The notes beneath the pieces are model-generated. The model did not search any database and was not told where the DNA came from. It saw nothing but the letters and a program-made list of their open reading frames with translations. Both the position numbers and the translations under genes were made by a program. This document shows, piece after piece, positions 30,001-40,488 of a DNA stretch of 64,000 nucleotides (positions are counted from its first letter, which is position 1; every line of letters begins with the position of its first letter). Location of the stretch: positions 186,062,001 to 186,126,000 of the forward strand of contig OZ024741.1 of NCBI GenBank assembly GCA_964016885.1, read 5' to 3'. The DNA is from Eledone cirrhosa (Eukaryota).

Positions 30001-31848
30001 GTTTGTTATTATATGTTGGAGGTAATGCTAGTGTTGTTTGTTATTTTATGTTGGAGGTAATGCTAGTATTGTTTGTTATTTTATGTTGGAGGTAATGCTA
30101 GTTTTGTTTGTTATTTTATGTTGGAGGTAATGCTAGTGTTGTTTGTTATTTTATGTTGCAGGTAATGCTACTGTTGTTTGTTATTTTATGTTGGGGGTAA
30201 TGCTAGTGTTGCTGGTTATTTTATGTTGGATGTAATGCTAGTGTTTTTTGTTATTTTATGTTGGAGGTAATGCTAGTGTTGTTTGTTATTTTATGTTGGA
30301 GGTATTGCTAGTGTTGTTTGTTATTTTATGTTGGAGGTAATGCTATGTTGTTTGTTATTTTATGTTGGAGGTAATGCTTGTGTTGTTTGTTATTTTATGT
30401 TGGAGGTAATGCTAGTGTTGTTTGTTATTTTATGTTGGGGGTAATGCTAGTGTTGTTTGTTATTTTATGTTGGAGGTAATGCTAGTGTTGTTTGTTATTT
30501 TACGTTGGAGGTAATGCTAGTGTTGTTTGTTATTTTATGTTGGATGTAATGCTAGTGTTGTTTGTTATTTTATGTTGGAGGTAATGCTAGTGTTGTTTGT
30601 TATTTTTTGTTGTAGGTATTGCTAGTGTTGTTTGTTATTTTATGTTGGAGGTATTGCGTTGTTGTTTGTTATTTTGTGTTGGAGGTATTCCCTTGTTGTT
30701 TGTTATTTCGTGTTGGAGGTAATGTTAGTGTTGTTTCTTATTTTATGTTGGAGGTATTGCCTTGTTGTTTGTTATTTCGTGTTTGAGGTAATGCTAGTGT
30801 TGTTTGTTATTTTATGTTGGAGGTAATGTTAGTGTTGTTTGTTATTTTATGTTGGAGGTAATGCTAGTGTTGTTTGTTATTTTATGTTGGGTGTAATGCT
30901 ATGTTGTTTGTTATTTTATGTTGGGTGTAATGCTAGTATTGTTTGTTATTATATGTTGGAGGTAATGCTAGTGTTGTTTGTTATTTTATGTTGGAGGTAA
31001 TGCTAGTATTGTTTGTTATTTTATGTTGGAGGTAATGCTAGTTTTGTTTGTTATTTTATGTTGGAGGTAATGCTAGTGTTGTTTGTTATTTTATGTTGCA
31101 GGTAATGCTACTGTTGTTTGTTATTTTTGGTTGGGGGTAATGCTAGTGTTGCTGGTTATTTTATGTTGGATGTAATGCTAGTGTTTTTTGTTATTTTATG
31201 TTGGAGGTAATGCTAGTGTTGTTTGTTATTTTATGTTGGAGGTATTGCTAGTGTTGTTTGTTATTTTATGTTGGAGGTAATGCTATGTTGTTTGTTATTT
31301 TATGTTGGAGGTAATGCTAGTGTTGTTTGTTATTTTATGTTGGAGGTAATGCTAGTGTTGTTTGTTATTTTATGTTGGGGGTAATGCTATGTTGTTTGTT
31401 ATTTTATGTTGGAGGTAATGCTAGTGTTGTTTGTTATTTTATGTTGGAGGTAATGCTAGTGTTGTTTGTTATTTTATGTTGGGGGTAATGCTAGTGTTGT
31501 TTGTTATTTTATGTTGGAGGTAATGCTAGTGTTGTTTGTTATTTTATGTTGGAGGTAATGCTAGTGTTGTTTGTTATTTTATGTTGGAGGTAATGCTAGT
31601 GTTGTTTGTTATTTTATGTTCGAGGTAATGCTAGTTTTGTTTGTTATTTTATGTTGGAGGTAATGCTAGTGTTGTTTGTTATTTTATGTTGGAGGTAATG
31701 CTAGTGTTGTTTGTTATTTTATGTTGGAGGTAATGCTAGTGTTGTTTGTTATTTTATGTTGGAGGTAATGCTATGTTGTTTGTTATTTTATGTTGGAGGT
31801 AATGCTAGTGTTGTTTGTTATTTTATGTTGGGGGTAATGCTAGTATTG
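1..31848. repeat. Large tandem satellite array, 35-bp monomer TAATGCTAGTGTTGTTTGTTATTTTATGTTGGAGG with 34-bp variants (e.g. TATTGCCTTGTTGTTTGTTATTTTGTGTTGGAGG); roughly 900 units; runs off the left edge
   Basis: Continuous head-to-tail monomers from base 1 to ~31848, with a strongly G/T-rich + strand. No unique interruptions were seen. The copy number is estimated from array length divided by monomer length. Confidence 0.98.
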
Positions 31849-32997
31849 CTTATATCATTTTAACGTTATACTTTTCAGTTTAGTGTTTCTTTAATTTGCT
31901 TTTGTTATTGTTGTTGTTTATGCCTGTTGATGTTACTGATGTCATTGTTGCTATCATTGTGCATACAGATCTTTGTTTCATAGTTCTTCGTTTTTCATGT
32001 ATTCAATTTCTGTTACATTTGTCACTGTTGTTCATTACATTGTGATTGCAGTTATTGGTTAACTTCAGAGGAAACTTGTTCTATCGACCATATAATCAAA
32101 TACGTTCTTGCCGTGACCATCTCCTATTTTACTTAGACATAATATAACTAACATTACATTATTCAGTCTCCGCTTTTCTTAATTTATTGGTGAATATTGT
32201 AAATTATTTATGTGTTAATAGGTTGAAGCAGATGAATATTCTCGTTGATATGAATAGTTGAAGGATAATGATGTTGTGGCGTAGTAACATATCAATTCCT
32301 GATAGAGCAGAAGTATGATTAAAGGCAATGAAGGTATGACCAGCCCGTCCTTGGAGTTATTGTTTTGTGAATACGATTTGTGTTGTAGATGAAATTTGTT
32401 GTAGGATTTAATCAGGAAAGGAATGTCAGTGCCCTTGTCCATTTCCAAGGCTTCCTAGAATGATAGATATTTGGAACAGTCAAATATGTTCTGAAAGCAA
32501 AAACCCTTTCTAAGAGTCTGCAACACAGTAGATTCCGCTAAAGTCCCCCAGGAGCCAGGTGATGATGTTACACAGGACTACCGATTAAGTTTACTTATAC
32601 AAGTAGAATATAGCGAAATTTGAGCTCAAAATCCCAAAAGCTGGAAGAAATAGGTCCAACGCTTTAATCCATCACAATGGCAACTGTTCATATTGTTCTT
32701 TAATAAATGTTAGTCTATTGTTTTTTCTAATGTGGTTGTTGTTGTTGTAGATGTTGATGATGATGATGATGATGACGACGTTAAACTACGTCGCCAGCAT
32801 ATCTGAGATCGAAAAAGTCATTTGTATAATGATCATTCCAATTTCCTTTTATGTCTATATTATTCAAGGTGTGTTCTGTTTAAGAGGGTAAAGATTTTAT
32901 TATATTTTGTTTTTACATATGTATTTTTGAAATTTATTAAGATTTTGAAATATCTCATTAACTCCCATATCAAAACTATTATGCACTCATTAATTTC

Positions 32998-33103
32998 ATC
33001 CCGCCGAGGTTGACTTTGCCTTTCATCCTTACGGGGTCGATAAAATAAAGTACCAGTAATGCACTGGGTAATTGCTGGCCTTGTGCCTAAAGTAGAAACA
33101 ATT
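32998..33103 (+). mobile_element. 5'-truncated copy of tRNA-derived SINE (family A)
   Basis: Reverse complement of the 3' half of the copies at 55878-56065 and 63494-63686 (cccgccgaggttgactttgcctttcatccttacggggtcgataaaataaagtaccag...ccttgtgcctaaagtagaaacaatt). Confidence 0.9.
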
Positions 33104-33547
33104 AATTTCATAAATTAACGACATTTTCCTTGTAGCATAAAACATGCTGATAAAACCGAGTTATTAGAATAAAATAGTTCCGTCTCTGTCATCTGAAATC
33201 AAATCTGGCCGGAGTCAAATATACTGTATATCTTGCTTATCATATAAATGTTCAATCCTAGATGTTGAATTGGTAGAATTGGTAGAGTATCGGGTGGACG
33301 TATAGTGATAGTGGTTCATCTATTCCATCACGCTGTTTAAAAGCCACCATCTAGTCCTTACAGGGTTAAGTATATTCCGCTCTGCTGCAGGTGTATGAGC
33401 CAGGTGTACCATTTGTGAATGTTTATTAAGTTAAGGTGATTCATTTGAAGCCAGGTGGTTCAAGTATGTATGCATGTATGTACGTTTGTATGCATGTATG
33501 TATGTTTGTATGTAGCTCCGTATGAATGTATGTCAGTTCATCCATGT

Positions 33548-33745
33548 GTGCTACTGGTAACATATAACTCAGTACAACCTAATCCTAATACAAGGGCAGG
33601 TCGTCGGCAACTAAACCAACAACCCCACCAAGCTTGCTTGGTGAGAAGGGTAATTTGATACACCCTGCCGGATGAAAATTAATATCTGACAACGGGTGCA
33701 GGGACTCCTTAGAGTCAACGGCTAATCAGTAATGTGTACATATGT
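33548..33745 (+). mobile_element. Short dispersed repeat (family B), probable SINE-like non-autonomous retroelement
   Basis: Homologous to 38343-38535 (gtgctactggtaac...cgtcggc.actaaacc..caaccccaccaag...cttggtgag.agggt...caccctgc...agagtcaac.gc). It ends in a TGTA-type tail. Confidence 0.7.
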
Positions 33746-34829
33746 ATATATTTTGTTGGCGTGTAAATAGGTATATGTTGGTGTATCTGGGATTGTTTGT
33801 GCACGTGCGCATGAGTGTGTATGTATAAGTAAAAAGCATTTGGAAATCGTTTAAATATTTCCAATGATTCTTTCTTTTACTTCATTTTATCTTTATTTTT
33901 CTATCTTATTCATTTATCTGAAAAATATATGGTTGATACGGCTACCAATAATCTGTATTGAAATAGCTATCAATCGTCTTGTATTTTTTATGTGTGTAGC
34001 AGAAGCATATACTACTTTGATCTCTTTGTGCAGATATCTCTTCAAAGTCCTGCAGCGGTTGGGAAGCAGTGACCTCTACAGACCCAAAGAGTTGGCGGTA
34101 CAGCGCTGCCAATCTACATGCAGACATCCTAAATCTTATTTACCGACGTTGCCAGTTTCAAAAGTAGGAACTGGCTAGAAAGGAGTCTTTTCTGGCTCAC
34201 CAGCCTTTTCAATGGAGCATTTTGCTAATCCATAACTTATTTGAGGTCTGGAAAAGATGACCCAATTATTATCTGTTTTACCTGTGGCTGACGGCTGTTC
34301 ATACCGGCAGGAAAAATAACAAGAATCTAAGCTATAATAAAGTAAGGAGAGCGGGATTGTGTACGGTTTATAATTGTTTATCCCATTAGTAAATTTAGTT
34401 GGTTTATTTTGAATAAATAATGAATGAATATTACATAATTTATCTACTAAATTTCGTGGCTGTTGATTAAATATATTTTGTTTATTTAAAGATTCACTTC
34501 TTTAAAATTTCTTAAATGTCAACACTCCCGGTTAGCTTAGATAAACATACTAATTTTCTGTCACTAATTTTCTCCTAATGCAGTTTATATATAATATCGT
34601 CTTTTTTAATGTATCATGGATTACGTTACATAAAACAGTGTAACGCAGTCTTCGTTCAATTCTTATGTATTATATATTGTCAATTACAATTTTTTTTTAT
34701 GTATCATATCTACATGTATATATAAATGCGTATAATATCAAAATACACACTACACATGCTAGCAGAAAACCACCCAAAGGGTGGTTTTTCTGCTAGTAAT
34801 GGTAATTTATTGAAGAATTTTCCAAAGAA

Positions 34830-35590
34830 TAGAATTACATTGCATGTTGCTACATGGAATGTTAGAACACTTCTTGTCAGGGAATCATCCTTAAATTCAG
34901 AACACAGGACTAATATTGTTGGCAGAGAATTGAGCAGATATAATATTGATATAGCTGCACACGCTGAAGCCCGCTTTAATGGAGGAGGTTTTATATTAGA
35001 GAGGAGTGCTTAGTATACATTCTTCTAAAAAGGGAAACCAAATGGGGAGAAAAGGAATGGAGGACTAGGTTTCACTGTTGGGACAGAGATCACAAAGTCG
35101 CTGGAACAAACACAATGTATCTAATGAGATTATACATCTGAAGGTTCCTCTTTCAGGGAAACGTTGCATAACTATCATTGTATGTCTTTACGTTGGATTA
35201 TAACCACGAGTAAATCATTGTTTTTAACAACATTTACGAGGGTGTATAACATCGATTCCACATTGAGACAAGATCTTGCATCCTGGAGATTTCAATGCAC
35301 GTGTGGGAATGGACGACTATATCTGCTGTGTTTTGGGAGATCAGATCATGGACAAGATGAATGCTAATGGGCTTCTCTTTCTGCAATTATGCACTGAGAT
35401 GGAGCTGGTCGTGTGCAATAGATTTTTTCAGTAAGAGAATATGCACAAGGCAAAATGGATACATTCGATATCAAAACATAGACGCATCTCGGATTTTATC
35501 AACATCTGATGAAGTGTGACCTCCAGGATATCTGCTCTGTGATAGTAATGCCTCGAGCAGATTGTGGTAAAGGCTACAAACATGTAATTA
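34830..35590 (+). pseudogene. Degenerate RTE-clade LINE fragment, APE endonuclease domain
   Basis: Translates with stops and frameshifts to ATWNVRTLL...RTNIVGRELSRYNIDIAA.AEARF...GLGF...GDFNARVG...NANGLLFLQLCTEMELVVCN. It is collinear with the APE region of the LINE at 58280-59050. Confidence 0.85.
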
Positions 35591-35845
35591 ACAAGAGGAT
35601 AGTGGATATAAGTGGAAAATTGACGGCAGCAGGGAAAACAGTGTTAAAACGTATGTCTCCATTGTTAAAACAATGAAATGTATATTTCCTTTTTCCGTCC
35701 CACTGATCTGGTCACTGACCTGTCGTCCATGAATATAGAATAAAAAAATAAATATATGCTGTATTATAATGTAACTCATCTCAGGAAATAATAATATTTA
35801 CTTATATAGACATCAACAGAAACCCTATTTTATCACCTATGAAAC

Positions 35846-35970
35846 GAAGAAGAAGAAGAAGAAGAAGAAGAAGAAGAAGAAGAAGAAGAAGAAGAAGAAG
35901 AAGAAGAAGAAGAAGAAGAAGAAGAAGAAGAAGAAGAAGAAGAAGAAGAAGAAGAAGAAGAAGAAGAAGA
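35846..35970. repeat. (GAA)n microsatellite, about 41 units
   Basis: Perfect trinucleotide run. Confidence 0.98.
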
Positions 35971-36142
35971 TTCGTTTGCAATATAACTATCAACAACAAA
36001 AAATACAGAGAAAGAGGTGACTAACCCCAGGCGACTCATATATTACTATCATTATTAGTTGTGTATGTATGTGTACATACATCACTATCAGCAAAACAGT
36101 ATAGAAGTGTAAAAGCCTGTCATAAATTACACAAATAGTAAT

Positions 36143-36540
36143 ATGATGATCATCATCATTAGCAGCATCACAATCATCATAGTTATCATCATCATCATCT
36201 TGGTATATGACATCATTATCATTATCTCTATTACAACTGCATCCACCAATCACCACCATCAACACCACCACCACAACCACGTCCTTCGGCACCACTACCT
36301 CCTCCTTATGTTCTCTACTACCAACAATACGACCATCATCATCATCATCATCATCACCTTCACCCATCTCTAATTTGCCCGATATCGAATTCATGTTAGC
36401 AATGTGACGCTTTTATCTTTTGAACGTAGCTAACATCTCTACTACTACAACTACTACTACTACTATTACTACTACTACAGCGACTACTACTACAACTACT
36501 ACTGCTGCTGCTGCTGCTGCTACTACTACTGCTGCTGCTG

Positions 36541-36572
<32 letters not shown>

Positions 36573-36639
36573 GCTACTACTGCTACTACTACTATTACTA
36601 CTACTATTAAAACTAATACTACTACTTTTACTAATGCTG

Positions 36640-36671
<32 letters not shown>

Positions 36672-36839
36672 TATGCTACTACTGCTACTGCTACTGCTAC
36701 TACTACTACTACTACTTCTACTAATGCTGCCATCACCACTACTACTACTACCACTACTACTACTACTACTACTACCACTACCACTACTACTACTACTACT
36801 ACTTCTACTACTAATGCTGCCATCACCACCACTACTACT

Positions 36840-36899
<60 letters not shown>

Positions 36900-36910
36900 G
36901 TTGTTGCTGC
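36143..36910. repeat. Compound trinucleotide microsatellite region: (CAT/CAC)n then (ACT/GCT/ACC)n
   Basis: Direct reading. It explains the poly-T, poly-L and poly-I ORFs in the track. Confidence 0.95.
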
Positions 36911-37036
36911 TCTTTTTTTATTCCATAAGAAGTTATGGTATTTGCTCGAAGCGGATGCTGGTCTTCATTTTGAAGTGCGCTGATCGCATTTTGCTTTGTG
37001 TCCTTATTTCTACGTTCTCATATTACAAACAATTTA

Positions 37037-37297
37037 TACATGCATGCATACATATATGCATTCATTCATACCTCCCTACCTTCATACAATCGTGCATACA
37101 TGCATACTTACATAGGTACATACGTACATATATACATACATGCCTGCATACATACACATATAAATACATACATACGCACATGCATACATACATACACACT
37201 TACTTATATATTTGCACATATTATACAAATGGCGATGCATGCCTACCTATGCATACACACATAGAAGCAAGCATACATAAAAGAACGTAATTTTATA

Positions 37298-37345
<48 letters not shown>

Positions 37346-37350
37346 CATAT
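37037..37350. repeat. Degenerate (TACA)n followed by (TA)n
   Basis: Direct reading. Confidence 0.9.
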
Positions 37351-37504
37351 AGTAATAAGACTATTTATATTTATATATGTTTGATACAACTCAACTATAA
37401 ATATGGAGGGTAGTACTAAGTACTAGCCGGTTACCGGTATGACAAAAGGCTCAATGCAAAATATTCAAGTATTTTACAGAGCCGAGATCGTTTTAACACT
37501 TTGT

Positions 37505-37570
37505 ATATATAGAGAACATATATAGAGAACATATATAGAGAACATATATAGAGAACATACATAGAGAACA
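37505..37570. repeat. 13-bp minisatellite ATATATAGAGAAC x5
   Basis: Five tandem copies, one with a substitution. Confidence 0.92.
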
Positions 37571-38342
37571 ATGAAAACAAAGATGATATGATTCAATCCT
37601 TCATAATCAATTGTTTTAAGATGCATTCAAAGGGTAAAATCGATAGCAATTAGGTAAATCCTTATTATTAGTCTCAACAAAACACGTCTATCTCGCTGTT
37701 TATTATCGAACAGTACAGGAAATTCTATATAAAGAAAATATAAATTATACAGGCCCCAAACGATTAATGAATCTAATATTTCAAAACCTATAATTAATAG
37801 ATAAACTAACGAAAATTGCTCAATACGAAATATATTGCCTGACTTGATTCCCATTAATTCATGTAACATAAACACATTATATCACTAACCGTAATATTAA
37901 CAGAACCAATACATATAGAGTAAATAGAGTTCGGATTACTAATATAACTGGACCTTGTGAAATTACACAGGATACTATTGTTAGCTTAAGTACTACGAGT
38001 AATCTCATTTATATCAACACACAGTATCATAAAGGAAGGAAAAGTGAACAATGTCTCTGTGATAACGACACTAGCTTTAGAACCCGACATATTCAGGATT
38101 CCTTGCATAATACAACTAACCAAAACTGCAATTGTAGAGTTGAGTTTGAAAAAATTGCCCACTGAACACAAACTGTATAAATTAATTGCCAGGTATACAT
38201 AGAAGTAACCACCAACTCTTTTCGAAAAGAATTCTTCACACTCGATATATCTAATATATGATATATTAGCAGGCAGAAGCTTCTGTCTGCTACTGGTACC
38301 ATGTAATCCAGTACAACCTGCTTCATGGTCGATTTCTCTATA

Positions 38343-38535
38343 GTGCTACTGGTAACAGGTAACCCAGTACAACATGTCGCATGGTCGGATCGTCGGCGAC
38401 TAAACCGGCAACCCCACCAAGTTTACTTGGTGAGGAGGGTGATTTTGGACACCCTGCAGGGCAAAAAACAAAACCTGACAAAGGGCGGAAGAACTCATAA
38501 GAGTCAACAGCCATCCAAAATTGTGTAAATATGTA
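38343..38535 (+). mobile_element. Short dispersed repeat (family B), second copy, preceded by a partial head copy at ~38288-38331
   Basis: Homologous to 33548-33745. It has an internal hairpin caccaag-ttta-cttggtg and a 3' end agagtcaacagccatcc followed by a TGTA-rich tail. Confidence 0.72.
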
Positions 38536-38598
38536 TATACATGGATGCATGTGTGTATATGTATATATGTATATACATGTGTACATGTGTATGTATAT

Positions 38599-38960
38599 GC
38601 GCGGGGAAATAGAAATAGTCAGGCTGGTCACTCGATCGCGGTTAAACCACTGGGAGTGAAGGACGCCTAGCCTTTATCAGGGCATTCTTCTGGGAGAAGG
38701 CAACTCAGAAAACTGGAATAACTCCGACATAAAACCTGCGGCTCAGTAGTTATCAATTACCTTGATCTTTTCTTCTTTTCTGGTTATAACTACTGTCGCT
38801 CAGAGAGTGGGATTGGCTCAGGGTACAGTCTTTCCACACTTTAATAAAAAATCTTCATGCACAGGCATTTCATGATAGAATTAATTGATAATTATCAATA
38901 ATGTTATATCGTTCAATGGACATGCACGATAACGTGGGGACAGCCATCATGTATGCATGT
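38599..38960 (+). mobile_element. Non-autonomous bipartite RTE derivative (LINE 5'UTR fused to LINE 3' end)
   Basis: 38599-38875 aligns by eye to 57754-58035, the 5' leader of the RTE LINE. 38909-38955 aligns to 61946-61993, the 3' terminus of the same LINE. No coding sequence lies between them. Confidence 0.85.
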
Positions 38961-39266
38961 ATCACATGCAGATCTACAGCTGGTCTACAAAGTCATCTAC
39001 AAAGACATGGACGTGGATTGGATGACAATGAAGAATCCATAAGAGACCGCAATTTTCTGTGAAGATGGTGCAATGCTCATGTATGTATGTATGGATGGAT
39101 GGATGTACGTATGTTTGTCTGGTTGGATGGATGGATGTATGAATGCTTTGCCAATTAATTTTTCTTTTCAAATTTCAATGTGCTAGGATGGAGCAAATGC
39201 TTTTCATCATGAAGTATCTTCCCGGGGTTTACTATGTTATTTAATGTAATGAATTCGATCATCACC

Positions 39267-39612
39267 GAAAAATTATGAATGTTGGATTCTTATAGAATTC
39301 CAGTAATAATCTGGATCTGATTATACAGAGCTGTTGCCGGTCCAGCAAAAATTAAAATTAGAATTGGTGTTCTGAAATAGTGATGTGTATATAGTGTATT
39401 CGGTAATACACTGTATGCTTAATTAAAAGTATTTTGAAGACCTTACGCTATTCTTTTAAAGTAGAGAATATGTCACTTACTTCTTTTTTCAACAAACAAA
39501 GGGAGCTAAGCTGACAGATCCCTGTTTCATACTGTTGGTATTCCTCAGCGCTTAGCACTCCTCTTGTTTGTTGAAAAATTATGAATGTTGGATTCTTATA
39601 GAATTCCAGTAA
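39267..39612 (-). mobile_element. Candidate non-LTR retrozyme: hammerhead-containing unit with perfect 40-bp terminal direct repeats (period 306 bp)
   Basis: gaaaaattatgaatgttggattcttatagaattccagtaa occurs at 39267-39306 and 39573-39612. A hammerhead fold lies between the two copies on the minus strand, and there is no credible ORF. Confidence 0.65.
39485..39578 (-). ncRNA. Type I hammerhead ribozyme motif
   Basis: The minus strand reads ...GCUAAGCG-CUGAGGA-AUAC(CAACA)GUAU-GAAA-CAG(GGAU)CU-GUC-AGCUUAGC... All core nucleotides are present, helix II has 4 bp, helix III is ACAG/CUGU, and the triplet is GUC. Helix I is GCUAAGC/GCUUAGC, extended by UUUUUCAACAAACAA/UUGUUUGUUGAAAAA. The first pair of helix I is a G.A mismatch. 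Confidence 0.85.
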
Positions 39613-39679
39613 ATCATGCATACATACATATCTATATACATACATACATATATATTCGATGCGAGCAGGATAAATGTTC

Positions 39680-40470
39680 CTATATGAATGTAAAGGGAGG
39701 ATAAACTACAAGCCAATCTATCAACCTCTGTATGAGTGGCCTGACTGTTCCAGCGTTATCTGAAGAGGGCTATTACACATACTTCCATATAGAAGAACAG
39801 ATATCATATGATGGATTTTCGAACAAAGAACGTGTAACCAATGAATACAACACCCGAATAAGACAAATATGGTCTTCTGACCTGCCTCTGCATTATAAAT
39901 CAGCAGCCCATATTGCGTTTGGTGTGCCTGTGCTAACACAAGCATGTGGATTACATGATTTGATGCTAGATGAGATCAGAGTTATTGACTTTGAAATCTG
40001 CAACGTTCTAACCGGCACCGGGAATTTCCACGCCAACATTGACATCGAGCGCTTTGACCTGCAACTTAAACAGGGAAGCAGACTCTTAACATCAGTCTAA
40101 AAAGCATTTGAGTGTAACATATACCTCCGACAATATCTACGGATCATCAAGCGTAATAGACCATATATAGAATAAGTCTGACTACAGGATTCAGAAGAAA
40201 TCATGAGTTGGGTAGGAGAGGTTTGAGAAATACTCCCTGCAGGATAACCAAAATTGAACCGTTAGGAACTTTTCTCAGCAATAACGCATTGTACCCATGA
40301 CTATGATGCCAGAAAGCTTCAAAGTGAGAGTAATATAGATGAACAAAGTAGTCTATCTTTGACCAACAACTGGTATATTGGCTCTCACTTCGAAGCATAT
40401 ACTTTTGCAATCCATGAACAGGAAATAAAAACGAAATACGTGATACACAAAAGTGATAGTGGTAAATTTA
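39680..40470 (+). pseudogene. Degenerate restriction-like-endonuclease LINE (R4/Dong/NeSL type), RT C-terminal part
   Basis: ORF 39732-40100 (YTYFHIEE...EYNTRIRQIWSSDL...FGVPVL...EIRVID...LT.TGNFH.NIDIERF.L..KQGSRLL) resembles the YKYLG / EY..R.R.I..S.L / AVPV / DRLY..R..GGRGL pattern of R4-like ORFs. It continues as FEAYTFAIHEQEIKTKY at ~40390. Confidence 0.75.
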
Positions 40471-40488
40471 TATAAGAACAATCCTCAC

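Noticed and set aside
1-31848. CRISPR-like appearance (35-bp period) and dozens of hydrophobic Cys-rich ORFs
   Set aside because: Monomers are contiguous with no unique spacers and no cas genes. The unit length is not a multiple of three, so the ORFs are frame-cycling translations of the satellite.
32215-32560. Possible decayed retroelement coding fragment on the minus strand
   Set aside because: No diagnostic motif could be read with confidence in any frame.
33995-34050. Hammerhead-like string on the minus strand (UUGAAGA-GAUAUCU...AGAGAUC-AAAG)
   Set aside because: It lacks C3 and the G of GAAA, and there is no helix I pairing.
35802-37290. Poly-R/L/S/T ORFs, including a mucin-like Thr-rich 187-aa ORF
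   Set aside because: These are pure microsatellite translations, open in several frames, with no signal peptide or supporting splice structure.
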